A stretch of DNA of 64,000 nucleotides, taken from Takakia lepidozioides (lineage: Eukaryota > Plantae > Bryophyta). The stretch lies in the NCBI GenBank assembly GCA_030704615.1, contig CM060731.1, forward strand, positions 95,418,001 through 95,482,000. Direction: 5' to 3'. Of the stretch, positions 62,501-64,000 are shown one piece after another. The stretch's first letter is position 1; each line of letters starts with the position of its first letter. The translations under genes were made by a program, and so were the position numbers. The notes under the pieces are model-generated. The model did not search any database. It was not told where the DNA came from and was given only the letters and a program-made list of their open reading frames with translations.

Positions 62501-64000
62501 CATTCGCTTCCTTCTTCAAGTTAACCTCCGAGAGGTCAACGGTCCCACTTGGGAGATCCACATACCAGGGGCAGTCTACCAAATGCTCAGCATGCCACTC
62601 CTTCGCCATTACTTCTATGTACATCGTTCCACGACCTCCAGGTGTCCTCCACGCCAGGAAGAATGGTGGAACCCTTTGAATGGCTCCGGACGGAATGAGT
62701 GCAAAGTTTATGTACCTGCAATCACGAGGCAATTCAACAAAAATCATTCTACCGATGCATCATGCAAGTGGAAGTTGTCAATGCACAAGGTATTTCGGCA
62801 CCGAAATACGGAGTGGACCGTGCCCCAATTACCCAGAACTCACATCTTGCAGAGGTATATTTCTTGCAGAGGTATATTTCGACGCGTCCGCCTTGTTGGG
62901 GGCATCATTCTCAAAGAACTGCCTTTTGGCATAGGCCAAGTCATCCCTGATGTTCGTCTGCATTCCCATACCCAGCAGATACAGTCAGGCCACGGATCCC
63001 TGCAACAAATAACATTAAATTGATACTGAAATTTGAGATGAACCTCACCGAATAGAGGATCTCCACCATGGCGTCCAGTGTTGGTCGGTACCAGGTGCGA
63101 TCTGCTTTCGCTAGGGACTTCCTGTACAGCTCGGGATCGAGGGACTTTTGGAAGTCCGTCAGCGGAGCTGTCCCCACTTCTTGCACTCTGTAGAGCGTAT
63201 GTGCCAGATGAGTTTCCACGAAGGCCCTCTCTGTTACCCTGCCATGGAGAAAAAAAACAACATGAAAATATGATTTCGGCACAGCAATCCAATTTCCAGT
63301 TCATAGAGTGCATGACAGTGGTGAACATTGCCTATTTCGGCGCCGCAATAGGCAGTACACAAGGATGTAATTGTATACTTACAGATTTATATCCGCCATG
63401 GCACCCTTCAACAGTCCTCTGTCCCTGACGTCCACCTTCACGACAATGCAGTCCACCATGTAATGCCAACTGATATCTTGCGGATGCATTTCAGCAATGT
63501 ACTCTGTCCAGGCAAGCATCATGTGGTTCCCGTCCCAAACGAAGAACATCTTCCCTTCCATGTGTGCGAATGTGGGATTAGTCTTCAGATAGGCTTCAAA
63601 CTCGGCATTAACAGTGTGCTAGTGGGGGCCCCAATTCTGAAGCTCCTCTGCAGTGGGGCCCCTTGTGACACCCTGGTCATTCTCAATGGAAACGTAGAAT
63701 GCTGCCGACCCCCGTCTGTACCCTTCTCTGAAGTTGTGCTTCAGTCGATCGATATCCCCTGGCAGTGCTTGCCTACAACTGGAAGGCTTACCATGCGACA
63801 CAAAGGAACTTTGAGGTTCTCCGGATACACCATGGAGCCCAAAACGCGGCCTATGTTGCTATGAGTCTCTGCCGGCAACCTGTTTGCTGCTATGTTCATG
63901 TCTCGTGCGCTCATGAGCATACCCGCCACCAGTTTCTTACTTGTATCACCTCTGTCACTTCCCTCACCCCTCTCACCAGCCTGTGTACTGTCCTGGAGGT
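59561..64000 (-). mobile_element. MULE-type transposon, subfamily C (one end; continues beyond the window)
   Basis: Terminus GAGGGTTACTATTTCATGAGCGCATGAGCC at 59561 truncates the 95-bp array; ATTTCGGCGCCGAAAT palindromes; ParB-MTase-like gene on the - strand. Confidence 0.75.
60252..64000 (-). pseudogene. Spliced ParB/Srx-like + beta-class methyltransferase-like gene, subfamily C
   Basis: KVPLCRM, ALPGDIDRLK, FFVWDGNH (63530), then IDMILVDIPDG (61830) and RSPAFIQTLMETCMDVEGRVLDVTANTG-ACMWAGR. Intron positions match subfamily A; stops at 63619 and 62277 plus frameshifts. Confidence 0.8.

Noticed and set aside
56147-64000. Bacterial or plasmid contamination because of ParB- and methyltransferase-like motifs
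   Set aside because: The genes have conserved GT-AG introns and are interleaved with plant retrotransposons.

Overview
A eukaryotic, plant-like, transposon-saturated window with no intact host gene. It has spliceosomal introns, plant MDAR/RPP1/URM1 fragments and an iMet-primed chromovirus; a non-seed plant or streptophyte host is inferred, not shown. (1) Pieces of at least four related subfamilies (A, B, C, D) of a large Mutator/MULE DNA transposon are nested here. The reconstructed layout is TIR - MULE/SWIM transposase (-) - palindrome array - spliced ParB/Srx-like + beta-class amino-methyltransferase-like gene (+) - optional cargo - TIR. Each subfamily carries its own palindrome around a shared CGGCGCCG core, in arrays, subterminal regions and introns. 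(2) A Ty3/gypsy element (27403-38481) has a C5 DNA methyltransferase in frame inside Pol, a C-terminal PHD finger, captured host mRNA fragments, and split direct repeats (A...B-A-B) instead of ordinary LTRs. (3) Three copies of a non-chromovirus gypsy family carry an extra conserved 5' ORF. (4) A very young chromovirus (45421-52438) and an older fragment of the same family are present. Most ORFs carry stops or 1-bp indels, and some indels could be assembly errors. All domain calls are by-eye motif recognition; no database search was run.
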